Virus record (IMG/VR): IMGVR_UViG_3300027987_000212
Span: 121,328-185,327 of that record
Length of the DNA: 64,000 nucleotides
From: a virus
Reading direction: 5' to 3' (one strand)
In this document: positions 46,932 through 55,749 of the stretch, piece by piece
Position numbering within the stretch: position 1 is the first letter of the stretch
Layout of the letters: the number at the start of each line of letters is the position of its first letter
Position numbers and translations under genes: made by a program
The notes under the pieces: model-generated
Database searches by the model: none
Told to the model about the DNA's origin: nothing
What the model saw: the letters and a program-made list of their open reading frames with translations, nothing else

Positions 46932-48407
46932 ATGGTACCAGCGATTCCTCCGCCAGCTTTTGTCGACAATCACCAGCTCCTGTCTCTGGAAGCAGCGCAG
47001 CTGATGCTCAAGGGCACTCAGTTCACCAAACGCGACCCAAAACCCGGTGACAACCACACAGTCTACCGCTGCGGGCATGCGATGCTCGTGCTCCACCTAC
47101 CCGACGCCAAGTGGACAGCACTCACTACACATCTTAACGACATCGCCACCTTCCATCAAAACAGTACGCAGTGGCACGCAACCGCCGCAGATGCCTACAA
47201 TACTGCATACGCACGCTCTCGCTTATTTAGGGAAGCAATGCGAGAAGCTCGAGAGAGCCCCGAACAAACCAACCACCCCAACCAATCTTCCTTCACGGTA
47301 GACGGGCTGCTGTTTTCAAAGAGTACTGCGGTGCTCCTCGATGGATTAGAACAGTTCTCCCATGGCGGGATGAGTCTCTTCCGACGTACTACAGACTCCG
47401 CATGGGCACCAGCCCTTGCTGGTGGGCGCTGTGCGGGCTGGGCGCCCACCCCCGAGAAGGCCCTAACCAAGGGGCGCGCCAACCCCGCCTTCGAACAGGA
47501 GTACCAAGAAGCACGCCTATCCCTCCTCAGTAAGGAGGCCCAAGCAGGTACAAAGGAGTACCCGCCGCCTCATCTGTTGAAGTACATTCGTGGGGTGCCC
47601 TTCACCGGGTCACCCGTGCCGAACATAACGGGGCGCGCTCCTTGCGCAGTCCGTTGGAGCTTAGCTGGGCACGACCCCGTACTAGTCAACAACCTCAAGC
47701 ACAAGCGTTGGGCACACAACGGGCGCGGAGACTATGCCACAGCAGAAGAACTCTTCGACCACCTTTGGTCACACGACTTGGTGTTCGCTAATAGTGTGAA
47801 GGACTGGCGTACCTCCGACCTCGGACACTTCCACGCCGTTAGTGTCTTCGACGGTGAGGGCGACCTGCTGCTATTCCTGGGCACGCGCAACCCAGACAAC
47901 AACGAACTCTGCGAGGTGGTCTACGGGGCATCCTTCACGCACCCGAGCTACCCAAACTTGCCCCACATCAAAGCCACTCGGCTGGACTTCAACGACTCCT
48001 GGTCGTTTGGGCGCCATACAGGCGGCGGGACTTGGTTGATGGCCCCAAACCGTTCGACGGCGCAGCAAGCGTTCGACGCAGCCCTCGAGCAACCAGAATT
48101 TCGTGACGCAGTGCACCAGCTCAAGCGAGCAGGCGGCCTGGCCTACTACCGCCGCAATCACCTCGTTGAGCCTCCCGAGACGCCCGCCCCGCCGACACCC
48201 GTCAGCGACTCGCCGCCCAACTCCGCGGCCGTTGCCTGTCTGCACTGTGGCGCCACCGAGCCACACGTACGCCTGTTCTCCGTTCCCGAAGGCTTCCTAT
48301 GCGGGGACCACGCCGTCCTCGACCGGGTACCGGCCGTCGCCGGCCGTCTCTGCACTCCACCCTACCACCAAAATCTGGCCCACCCCGCGAAGGACCCCAA
48401 GGGATGA
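46932..48407 (+). CDS. mosaic hypothetical protein
   Basis: 491 aa ORF with a C-terminal Cys/His cluster. Confidence 0.65.
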   Translation: MVPAIPPPAFVDNHQLLSLEAAQLMLKGTQFTKRDPKPGDNHTVYRCGHAMLVLHLPDAKWTALTTHLNDIATFHQNSTQWHATAADAYNTAYARSRLFREAMREARESPEQTNHPNQSSFTVDGLLFSKSTAVLLDGLEQFSHGGMSLFRRTTDSAWAPALAGGRCAGWAPTPEKALTKGRANPAFEQEYQEARLSLLSKEAQAGTKEYPPPHLLKYIRGVPFTGSPVPNITGRAPCAVRWSLAGHDPVLVNNLKHKRWAHNGRGDYATAEELFDHLWSHDLVFANSVKDWRTSDLGHFHAVSVFDGEGDLLLFLGTRNPDNNELCEVVYGASFTHPSYPNLPHIKATRLDFNDSWSFGRHTGGGTWLMAPNRSTAQQAFDAALEQPEFRDAVHQLKRAGGLAYYRRNHLVEPPETPAPPTPVSDSPPNSAAVACLHCGATEPHVRLFSVPEGFLCGDHAVLDRVPAVAGRLCTPPYHQNLAHPAKDPKG

Positions 48408-49261
48408 CAACCTCGCCGCCCACCAAGATGACCCCCTGCCCCGCGTGCGGCGAGGTGGGGGAGTCCGACTTCGAGGAGACCTACCTCACCTGCCCTGAAT
48501 GCGGGCATGAGTGGGAAGTGTTCCCCGACCCCACCGCACTCACACGTACAGAGCTACTCGCAGCGGTGCAGTCGCTTCAGGAGCAGCTCGCGTCCATGAA
48601 GTGGAGAAGTCTGCTCGTTGCCGTGGCCCGCGCCATCGGTTCGACAAGCATGGTTTTGTCAGAGCTGCCCGGTGAGGTCAAGAAGAGAATCAAACAAGAC
48701 AACGATGCTCTGACGAAGGCGAGGGCGTTGGTACAGTTGCTCCAAGGAGAAAACGCCTACCTTCGGCAACAACTCAAAAAACATGAGGCGGTAGACCCCG
48801 TACTTGCACAGTGCTCGCCGGCCGACCTACTGCCGTTGGTACAACGTAGCAACATAGACCTCGCCGCCTCGTGGGATGCGTGGAGGCCTGACCTCAACGC
48901 AGCAACGACTGATGTCGATGGTAAACCTCCAGGACTCACTACGGCTGTGGTGCGCACAGGAAAACAGGCAAGCGCATTCTACGTCCCTCAACTGAAGCAA
49001 CAGCAAGCACTACTCACGTTTCTTCGTCTGCTACCCGCACCTCCACAGAATCTGAGCGACGAAGAACTGTACGCACTACGCGACAGGTTCCCTCAGGCAA
49101 ACATGTGGGTCCGTGCTTGCATCTCTGCAGCCACACTCCACGTACTCGAGCTGGGGGACGGCACAGTTCTACTGCCCGACGGCTCGCGCCATGTAATAGA
49201 CCCAGGCACCCAGGTGCGTGATACCGACGAAAACCCGCGACCCTCGGAGCGCCATCCATGA
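48404..49261 (+). CDS. zinc-ribbon/coiled-coil protein
   Basis: CPAC..YLTCPECGHEW N-terminus; ATGA-coupled. Confidence 0.65.
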   Translation: MTTSPPTKMTPCPACGEVGESDFEETYLTCPECGHEWEVFPDPTALTRTELLAAVQSLQEQLASMKWRSLLVAVARAIGSTSMVLSELPGEVKKRIKQDNDALTKARALVQLLQGENAYLRQQLKKHEAVDPVLAQCSPADLLPLVQRSNIDLAASWDAWRPDLNAATTDVDGKPPGLTTAVVRTGKQASAFYVPQLKQQQALLTFLRLLPAPPQNLSDEELYALRDRFPQANMWVRACISAATLHVLELGDGTVLLPDGSRHVIDPGTQVRDTDENPRPSERHP

Positions 49262-49752
49262 CTACGCAAGAACAACCAAAGCCCGTCAAGTGTCCCATTT
49301 GCAAGTCAGCTGAGTGCGCAACGCTGAAACAGCCCAAGGGCTCTGGCATGCTGCACGAGTTCCTCGCGCGCATGCATTGCTACAAGACCATGGGACTCAA
49401 CCACCGTGCGCACATTGCCATGCTACAGCAGGCGTTCATCTTCCTGGATACCCTGCAGACGCTTCCACAGGCGTTGCAGAAAGCGTTGAGGGATGACCTA
49501 CGCGACGAGTACCCTGTGCTGCACGTCGCCAGCCTCTTGAGCAAGTTGTACGGACATGTCCAGCGCCAGACCAAGTGCAGTGAAGGCTGCGAAGCTATCA
49601 CAGGCTACCAAGACGTCATCGTACCATATGCACCGGAGCGCGCCGTACTCACCTACGCACAGCTCAAACTAGTAGCAGAAGACCAAGGCGTCGCCCTCGA
49701 ACCTGGAGCTACCCTCGACATCGTGTACGCCGTAGTAAAGAGGCGAACATGA
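49258..49752 (+). CDS. hypothetical protein
   Basis: ATGA-coupled; CPIC motif. Confidence 0.6.
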   Translation: MTTQEQPKPVKCPICKSAECATLKQPKGSGMLHEFLARMHCYKTMGLNHRAHIAMLQQAFIFLDTLQTLPQALQKALRDDLRDEYPVLHVASLLSKLYGHVQRQTKCSEGCEAITGYQDVIVPYAPERAVLTYAQLKLVAEDQGVALEPGATLDIVYAVVKRRT

Positions 49753-50045
49753 CCAGCCCCTCCGAGAAAGAGGTGAATTACGTACTAGCACCGGCGCGCT
49801 GGGGACTTTGGAGCATGTTCGGGATAGGCCTGCTCACAGGCCTCGTGGCTGGCTCTCTGTGGACCCTAAGAGGCGCGCGAGAAAAGGACCCAGCAGCACC
49901 CTGCCCTCCTACAGGCTTCGAGATGCCGGCGGAAGAGGCCCATCGTTGCCCCTGCAAGGAGCCACGCGTACTACAGCGCGTACCAGGCACACGTGACCCC
50001 GACGCACGCTACCACTGCGACTTCCCTCGAGTGCAAAAGCAATAA
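49749..50045 (+). CDS. small membrane protein with Cys cluster
   Basis: TM segment WSMFGIGLLTGLVAGSLW. Confidence 0.55.
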   Translation: MTSPSEKEVNYVLAPARWGLWSMFGIGLLTGLVAGSLWTLRGAREKDPAAPCPPTGFEMPAEEAHRCPCKEPRVLQRVPGTRDPDARYHCDFPRVQKQ

Positions 50046-50105
50046 GCACCACCAAGACGTTACCAACCTGCATAGCATGTCTGAGCGGTGTGGTTGGTAG
50101 TGGGG

Positions 50106-50135
50106 AGGGCCCGGGAAACCGGGCCCTTTCTTTTT
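50106..50135 (+). terminator. Rho-independent terminator
   Basis: AGGGCCCGG-GAAA-CCGGGCCCT followed by TTCTTTTT. Confidence 0.85.
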
Positions 50136-50140
50136 GCCCC

Positions 50141-50168
50141 GCAAATGAGGTAGTAATCCGGAGATAAC
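50141..50168 (+). promoter_or_regulatory. phage promoter motif GCAA-N15-GGAGATAAC
   Basis: Recurrent motif directly after the terminator. Confidence 0.7.
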
Positions 50169-50187
50169 AGTAATGAAGGAGTACTCC

Positions 50188-50445
50188 ATGCAAAACACCC
50201 AGCCCAACCAACCCATCAAACCGTGGCGACACCGCAAAGGGGCGGAGCAACCCCCGCCCGCACCCAACGGACCCATGGCCAAGGTGTTCGATTGGCTTGC
50301 CGACAAGAAGGTGCACAACCTCACCGAGCTGGCACCTCTCTCGAACTCCATGCGGTGCACTATCTCCAACCTTGCTCTGCGCGGCCGCATCATCAGCCTC
50401 GGGGAAGGTGACTACCGTTTACCAAGAAAGCGTGAGCAGAAGTGA
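50188..50445 (+). CDS. small winged-helix-like protein
   Basis: AAGGAG RBS; VFDWL..HNLTEL..ISNLALRGRI..GDYRL. Confidence 0.5.
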   Translation: MQNTQPNQPIKPWRHRKGAEQPPPAPNGPMAKVFDWLADKKVHNLTELAPLSNSMRCTISNLALRGRIISLGEGDYRLPRKREQK

Positions 50446-50660
50446 ACCCGCCACCGAACTTCGTGCACCCAGTCACAACTTTCCTCGGGTACGTAGTGGG
50501 TACCATGGTTCTGCTGCACGGCATCCGCAAACTCCAAAGCACCCGGCCGGTGCCGGAGTCAGCGCCGTTCTACCCAGGGGGTAAGCGCTATCGCGTCATT
50601 GACGTCCAAGCAGACCCAGCTACACACAAAGTCACATACACCCTCGAGGTGGACCACTGA
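50442..50660 (+). CDS. small membrane protein
   Basis: TM segment FLGYVVGTMVLL. Confidence 0.5.
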   Translation: MNPPPNFVHPVTTFLGYVVGTMVLLHGIRKLQSTRPVPESAPFYPGGKRYRVIDVQADPATHKVTYTLEVDH

Positions 50661-50688
50661 AGAAGGCCCCGCTAGGGGCCTTCTTTTT
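50661..50688 (+). terminator. Rho-independent terminator
   Basis: AGAAGGCCCC-GCTA-GGGGCCTTCT followed by TTTT. Confidence 0.85.
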
Positions 50689-50699
50689 GCCCAGTAACC

Positions 50700-50708
50700 A
50701 GAGACAAG
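50700..50708 (+). promoter_or_regulatory. degenerate promoter motif AGAGACAAG
   Basis: Variant of the GATAAG box after a terminator; no matching upstream element. Confidence 0.35.
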
Positions 50709-50722
50709 TACTACGCAGCCCT

Positions 50723-51943
50723 ATGCCCAAAAACTACCTATTCCAACCCACCAGCACAGTCGCAGAGCTTCGCCAGTTGGTATCCCTACATGCCTGGCTA
50801 CTCATGAGCGCTATCGATGAAAACTTGGAGAACTCGATGCATACGTTCTCCAAGCTCTTGAAAGCGTACGCACCCCCAGACGCCCAAGAAGCGGGCAAGC
50901 CTGTTCGATACACCTTTGGGCTAACCAACATGGAGATGTCGCGGCTGTTGGTCAACATCAGCATGACAGCTGCAGACAAGGCTAAGAAGCACGACTTCAT
51001 CGACGAAGACGAGTACGACTACACAGTCGAAGCCTTCTCTACGATGCTAGCGACTACTATCTCTAGCGTGTCTATGCTGCTCCAGTACGCCTCCAACGCA
51101 CTGTGGTTCGAAGAGGGCATGCCAACAATTGAAGTTGGGCACAAACTGGCCGCATCTCTGATGACAACCAGGCTGACCGAGGAGGTCACTAGGGACGCGC
51201 ACTTACCGTTTCACGCCTTCTCCGTCGTCCTGCCAGACAATCTCGTCTTCATCGACACCCGTGAAGGTATCTGCGATGCGCGCTATGCCATGCTAGCGCG
51301 GCTACGTCACGTCATCAGTGACCAGTACACTTACGGTTGCTTCATCGTGGGTAGCAATTCCATGGCGACCTGCCTGCATGGGCATTACCCAACTCTCTGG
51401 GATGCGTACACGCACATGGGCGTAGCATTTGAGGGGGACCCCTTCCAACTGGAGATGGCAGACAACGACACGCGCAACGCCATCTTGGGGCGGCGTTTGC
51501 TCATCAACATCAGTCTGATGATGACTGACCCCGCCAACTACAAGAAGGTAGGCAAGGGTCACGCGCCCTACGAGGCGGGCATCTCTCGAAGCCGGCTGCG
51601 GGGCATCGAGCGCCCTACCAAACGCGTATTCAAATTGATTCGCCCCGTACGTCACGACTTCCGAGACCTAGTACGCGCCTACGCCCGCGGTGAGGCCAAA
51701 AAACTCAGCGTACAAGGCTTCATCGCGGGTCACATCAAGTACAACCAACCGTACGGGCCCGGCAGTACCCTCCGCAAACGAATCTGGATTGAACCCTACT
51801 GGCGAGGTCCAGAAGACGCCCCCATCGCTCTACCTTCACCCAGAAATGCTTGCTGTCGTAGCAGCACACGAAGCCCTCGGCATTACCGTGTCCATCGGGC
51901 AACTACCGCTCAGCCATGGAGACCTCAGCCCATTGGATGGTAA
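50723..51943 (+). CDS. hypothetical protein
   Basis: C-terminal AGH..NQPYGPG..LRKRIWIEPYWRGP motif. Confidence 0.7.
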   Translation: MPKNYLFQPTSTVAELRQLVSLHAWLLMSAIDENLENSMHTFSKLLKAYAPPDAQEAGKPVRYTFGLTNMEMSRLLVNISMTAADKAKKHDFIDEDEYDYTVEAFSTMLATTISSVSMLLQYASNALWFEEGMPTIEVGHKLAASLMTTRLTEEVTRDAHLPFHAFSVVLPDNLVFIDTREGICDARYAMLARLRHVISDQYTYGCFIVGSNSMATCLHGHYPTLWDAYTHMGVAFEGDPFQLEMADNDTRNAILGRRLLINISLMMTDPANYKKVGKGHAPYEAGISRSRLRGIERPTKRVFKLIRPVRHDFRDLVRAYARGEAKKLSVQGFIAGHIKYNQPYGPGSTLRKRIWIEPYWRGPEDAPIALPSPRNACCRSSTRSPRHYRVHRATTAQPWRPQPIGW

Positions 51944-52397
51944 CTTCCGCATCGATTGGGAGCTACGCACACTGTACATCTCCGCAACCACCCTCACGCA
52001 GCGGCCCCACGACAGAGCAGCCATACTCATCCACGAGATTGGGCACCTTTGTGCATGTCCAGAAGCACCAGAATTCAGCGACGAGTACGACTTCCTCGGC
52101 TGGGAGTGGCAATACGCGAAACTACTTGGCATCGAACAGAAGTGGCGAGAGTCTGTATCTCGCTACGGACTAGGTCAAGGCTCTGACCCTGACCTACACG
52201 GTACCGACCTCATCCCACCAGACTCCAGCCTCATGAACGAGATACTGCGAGAACGGCGGACGTACGCACGAGATACGGGCCTACTCAACGCACACTTTCA
52301 ACCAATCAGTCTACTAACCAAACGCCCAATCACTCGTCAAGTAATTAACCAAGCCCTGCTATCTCTCGTACAGGAAACCCATGCAGTACCGGTATGA
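51846..52397 (+). CDS. HExxH putative metallopeptidase
   Basis: ILIHEIGH..SDEYDFLGWE; start uncertain. Confidence 0.6.
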   Translation: MLAVVAAHEALGITVSIGQLPLSHGDLSPLDGNFRIDWELRTLYISATTLTQRPHDRAAILIHEIGHLCACPEAPEFSDEYDFLGWEWQYAKLLGIEQKWRESVSRYGLGQGSDPDLHGTDLIPPDSSLMNEILRERRTYARDTGLLNAHFQPISLLTKRPITRQVINQALLSLVQETHAVPV

Positions 52398-52785
52398 GCA
52401 CGACTATCTGAACTTCCACAAGCTGCCACAACAATGGGCTGACGTCCACACTGACTTCAAACGTTATGCCTCACGCTTCATGCGCCGAGCGGGTTACAAC
52501 TCTGTGGTGTGTTGCTACGGAGGAAACGTCGTAGGCGTATTCCGCTATTACCTGGGGCGACTTACTGGACAAGACCGCATGAGCATACGTGGTTGTGGTC
52601 TCTACGTACTACGCCTGCACCGGCGCCGAGGCATAGGCATGCAGCTACTGGCTCAAGCCATTCAGAAGCACAACCCGCGCACAATGCACCTATCTCCAGC
52701 CGAGACAGCCAACGTACGTAGCCTCTACAGACGCCTCGAAGAGGCGTACCCTCGCGTCACGTTCATCTACACGGAGGACCAATGA
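52381..52785 (+). CDS. GNAT family acetyltransferase
   Basis: LYVLRLHRRRGIGMQLL motif A. Confidence 0.75.
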   Translation: MQYRYEHDYLNFHKLPQQWADVHTDFKRYASRFMRRAGYNSVVCCYGGNVVGVFRYYLGRLTGQDRMSIRGCGLYVLRLHRRRGIGMQLLAQAIQKHNPRTMHLSPAETANVRSLYRRLEEAYPRVTFIYTEDQ

Positions 52786-53186
52786 GCCTGAACCTAAAGG
52801 AGCTACGCTTCGAAGCGTCCATGAGCAGCAGCTTCAAACCACCGCCCTCCTTGTGGCGCGGTGTCAACGGAGACTTCAAGCGATACGCCCCACAGTTCGC
52901 GTCAAATGACCTACCTGTCGATGGAGCGACTGCGTGCTACCTGGGTCCCCGACTCATCGGAGTATTCCGCTACTGCGAAGCCGGCGGCGGATTAAGTCTC
53001 TTCGACGCAGGCATGTACATCCTCAAACCGTACCGACGCAACGGTATCGGGTTGAAGCTGCTCATCACCACGATGGACACCATCAAACCCATCAGCATCG
53101 CGCTGACCCCAGTTAACCCAGCGGGCACTGCTCTAGCGGAGAAGTTCGCCAAGCTATACCCACGCCAAACCAACATCCTGAAGTAG
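52782..53186 (+). CDS. GNAT family acetyltransferase, paralog of the upstream gene
   Basis: MYILKPYRRNGIGLKLL; shares DFKRYA and GVFRY with 52381..52785. Confidence 0.75.
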   Translation: MSLNLKELRFEASMSSSFKPPPSLWRGVNGDFKRYAPQFASNDLPVDGATACYLGPRLIGVFRYCEAGGGLSLFDAGMYILKPYRRNGIGLKLLITTMDTIKPISIALTPVNPAGTALAEKFAKLYPRQTNILK

Positions 53187-53213
53187 CAAAAACGTCCTAA
53201 CTTCGGAGATAAG
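53186..53213 (+). promoter_or_regulatory. phage promoter motif GCAA-N15-GGAGATAAG
   Basis: Recurrent motif ending 6 nt before the tRNA-like RNA. Confidence 0.75.
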
Positions 53214-53219
53214 ACTACT

Positions 53220-53373
53220 GAGAGAGACCTTCTGTCTGCATTACCGTGTAGGCAGCGGGTACATGGTAGTAGCAACGCGGCCGATGGCCCTTACGGAACC
53301 TCCGGTGGACTAGGTCACCATTGGTTCAGCTGTGCTACTTCTCGAGTTCAAATCTCGGGCTCTCTCACTACCA
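53220..53373 (+). ncRNA. tRNA-like structured RNA (~150 nt)
   Basis: GAGAGAG/CTCTCTC acceptor-like stem, CTCGAG-TTCAAAT-CTCGGG T-arm, two long internal helices, 3' ACTACCA. Confidence 0.6.
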
Positions 53374-53394
53374 GTCCAACCACCGGAGAAAATC

Positions 53395-53844
53395 ATGCAC
53401 CTAACCGCAGTACCCGAACAGTCCAACCCATACCTCAGCCTGCTAACCAAACACCTCTACATGATAACCAAGGCAGCCGTATCACCGAGCGATGATACTG
53501 GCCGCGCTGCCATCGCAGTACAAGTCCTAAGGCTAGTGGACTCCTTCCAATTAGAGGACCACTATGCGCCTGACGAAGAGTACCGCCAGGCCATCACGTC
53601 AGCAGACCATTGGTGGTCTTGCGTGTGGGCCTGTGTCGACCTGGCTCTGGCAGCCGTAGACGTGCGCCCCGCACTGCTCGACCAACCAGCAGTACAAGAA
53701 GCCATACAAGGGCTCGACGAGCTCATGATGCGGCACGTCAAGGTGGACACCGCCTTCCCCCTCAACCGAAGCGACCTACGTCTGCTAGGTATGCTGCACA
53801 ATGTCTGCAAGAATCGCGGTTACACGGTAGGGTTCAAAGCATGA
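53395..53844 (+). CDS. hypothetical protein
   Basis: GGAG RBS before ATG 53395. Confidence 0.6.
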   Translation: MHLTAVPEQSNPYLSLLTKHLYMITKAAVSPSDDTGRAAIAVQVLRLVDSFQLEDHYAPDEEYRQAITSADHWWSCVWACVDLALAAVDVRPALLDQPAVQEAIQGLDELMMRHVKVDTAFPLNRSDLRLLGMLHNVCKNRGYTVGFKA

Positions 53845-54104
53845 CTCCCCGCCTACTCGAGCTTCAAGTGGAACTACGTGCCGCAGGAGCGGCACTACCA
53901 GAGGAGCCAGTAGTAGCAAGATTCCGTGAACCCCTGCCCACCGACAGTCCCTTCATCCGCGCGGTGCTCACACTTGCCAAAGAAGAAAGCACCATGACTG
54001 ACTTCCACCTTGGCTACCTCGACGGCCGTCGAGAACTTCAGAACTGGAAGCTCAGCCCGCTATACGAGCGAGGCTACCGGGCAGGACGCACGCAGAGTAA
54101 GTAG
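53841..54104 (+). CDS. small hypothetical protein
   Basis: ATGA-coupled; GYLDG..YERGY motif. Confidence 0.55.
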   Translation: MTPRLLELQVELRAAGAALPEEPVVARFREPLPTDSPFIRAVLTLAKEESTMTDFHLGYLDGRRELQNWKLSPLYERGYRAGRTQSK

Positions 54105-54105
54105 G

Positions 54106-54133
54106 AGAAAGGCCCCGAAGGGCCTTTCTTTTT
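54106..54133 (+). terminator. Rho-independent terminator between convergent genes
   Basis: AGAAAGGCCC-CGAA-GGGCCTTTCT followed by TTTT. Confidence 0.85.
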
Positions 54134-54144
54134 GCTGCCTGTTC

Positions 54145-54675
54145 CTACGCTTCTCGTACGCGTGCAAGCGCAGCGATGGCCGTACCCAGAGCTGCAATCA
54201 CGTCGTTCTGACGCTTGAACGGAGGGTCCTCCAACAACTCCGTATAGGGGTCGTCGACAGGAGTCGCGCAGCCAGCATTTTGCCGCATCTCGATGAGGTC
54301 ACGCCGATTACGCACCTCGCGCTGCAACTGTTCCTCGAGTAGCCCCAACACATGCTGAATGGGCGGCATCCCCCGCTTCTCTGGGCATGCGGGGTCGATG
54401 GAACCTACGCGCCCGAGACGACAGTACTCTCGAAGCAGTCCTCCGAGTGCCTCATCCTTGGTACCACCCTCTACAAACACTTCTCGGAATGGGAGTGAGG
54501 CAACGAACACCACCGTGTCCCCCTCACCCACATTAGTGGTTACCTTGGGCGCCCAACTACGCACGTTGCACTCCCAGTTCTCGCGTGCGCGTTTCTCCAA
54601 CTCTGCGTTGATAATGGCCATCGCCGCAGACTCTCCGTACCGCACACCTTGCTTCGCACTACCTTGCTGTTCCAT
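54145..54675 (-). CDS. hypothetical protein with HicB-like segment
   Basis: FVASLP..VFVEGGTKDEAL resembles the HicB N-terminal fold. Confidence 0.5.
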   Translation of the reverse strand: MEQQGSAKQGVRYGESAAMAIINAELEKRARENWECNVRSWAPKVTTNVGEGDTVVFVASLPFREVFVEGGTKDEALGGLLREYCRLGRVGSIDPACPEKRGMPPIQHVLGLLEEQLQREVRNRRDLIEMRQNAGCATPVDDPYTELLEDPPFKRQNDVIAALGTAIAALARVREA

Positions 54676-54745
54676 GGTTCCTCTTTCTGCGCCAGTAACC
54701 CGTAGGCCTGGCACGAGCAGAAGAGTACAAGTCGGGCAGCGCCGG

Positions 54746-55288
54746 TCAAGGCTCTTCGCACAACAAGTCGCGCAAGCTATGTACCGCCAACGAGTACAGC
54801 TGTGATACCCGAGTATCCGTTACACCGAAGACCCTCGCCAAGTCCCTGTTTGTACGTCCATTGAGCCGCCCGACGACTACCTCACGAAGTCGGTCTGGCA
54901 AACGTGCAGCAGCGCGCACAAGGTCCTCCTGAAGCAACCCCTCAAGCACGTCGTACTCCGGGGCGGCCATCCCCTCGAAGACCTCATCCGGGTCAAACAC
55001 GGACCGTTGCGGCATATAGCCTATCCGCCTAGCCCGCCGGGGCGCCCAGTCTTGTGCCCGCAGCTCATCCAGTACGGCCCCCGCTACACGTGTGGCACAG
55101 TAGTTTCGGAAGAACTCATGCTCAGGTTGGCGTATCACCGCCTGCCAAGCACCGAACCGCCCAGCACTGAGCAAGTCTTCCTTAGGGGCGTACCGCCCAG
55201 TCCTGCAGTGGATACGCTCCACAATCTTGTCGACCATGGGCAGCATCTCCTCGAACAGTTTCATCTGTTCTGCTCGAGACAACTCCAT
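54746..55288 (-). CDS. FliA/WhiG (sigma-28)-like RNA polymerase sigma factor
   Basis: Region 2: EDLLSAG..G..A and GAVLDELRAQDWAPR; region 4: LPDRLR..DLARVFGVTDTRVSQL. Confidence 0.88.
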   Translation of the reverse strand: MELSRAEQMKLFEEMLPMVDKIVERIHCRTGRYAPKEDLLSAGRFGAWQAVIRQPEHEFFRNYCATRVAGAVLDELRAQDWAPRRARRIGYMPQRSVFDPDEVFEGMAAPEYDVLEGLLQEDLVRAAARLPDRLREVVVGRLNGRTNRDLARVFGVTDTRVSQLYSLAVHSLRDLLCEEP

Positions 55289-55300
55289 ACCAACTAACGT

Positions 55301-55744
55301 AGCCTGCTTCGTGCGACATCGAAACCCTACTAGTTCCTACGCGGTTCTAGCCTGAGCTTCATCCTCGCTTACCCGTCCATCTCATCCGGCCAGCACCAGT
55401 AATTACCGTGCGCCGGCTGCGACGCTCGATGAACTACCGAAGATTCGCGGATGAGCTGTTGACCGTAGGTGTCCTTTCGCTTCACGTCCCCTGAGACCCA
55501 GACAAGGTTGCAGCATGCCTCGATAACAGCGGTGTGTATCGGCGGGTCTTGAGCTGCCAAGACCTCAACACTCCGTTGCTGAGCCGAGATGTGTGCCTCC
55601 CTGTCATTGCCACAGTGCCACTGAGTAACCAGTGCGGGACGCCGAATCCCATGCGGGTCGACGAAGATGACAACTACGCCTTCTGAGTATGCCTTTTCCA
55701 TTCTGACTCACTTCCTGCGGCTTCGGTGCCGCACGAAGCAGGCT
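55301..55744. repeat. 15-bp perfect inverted repeat flanking one gene
   Basis: AGCCTGCTTCGTGCG at 55301-55315 and its reverse complement at 55730-55744. Confidence 0.8.
55369..55701 (-). CDS. hypothetical protein
   Basis: 110 aa ORF upstream of the sigma gene. Confidence 0.65.
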   Translation of the reverse strand: MEKAYSEGVVVIFVDPHGIRRPALVTQWHCGNDREAHISAQQRSVEVLAAQDPPIHTAVIEACCNLVWVSGDVKRKDTYGQQLIRESSVVHRASQPAHGNYWCWPDEMDG

Positions 55745-55749
55745 CCTCC

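Noticed and set aside
1915-52397. Many long same-strand gene overlaps fall in the +1 frame
   Set aside because: Long unidirectional overlaps are known to be biased to this phase, and indel errors may contribute; only the HExxH subset is kept as a finding
53220-53373. Calling this element a standard tRNA or tmRNA
   Set aside because: No 5-bp stem with 7-nt anticodon loop, no mRNA-like domain, no G3-U70; reported as tRNA-like instead
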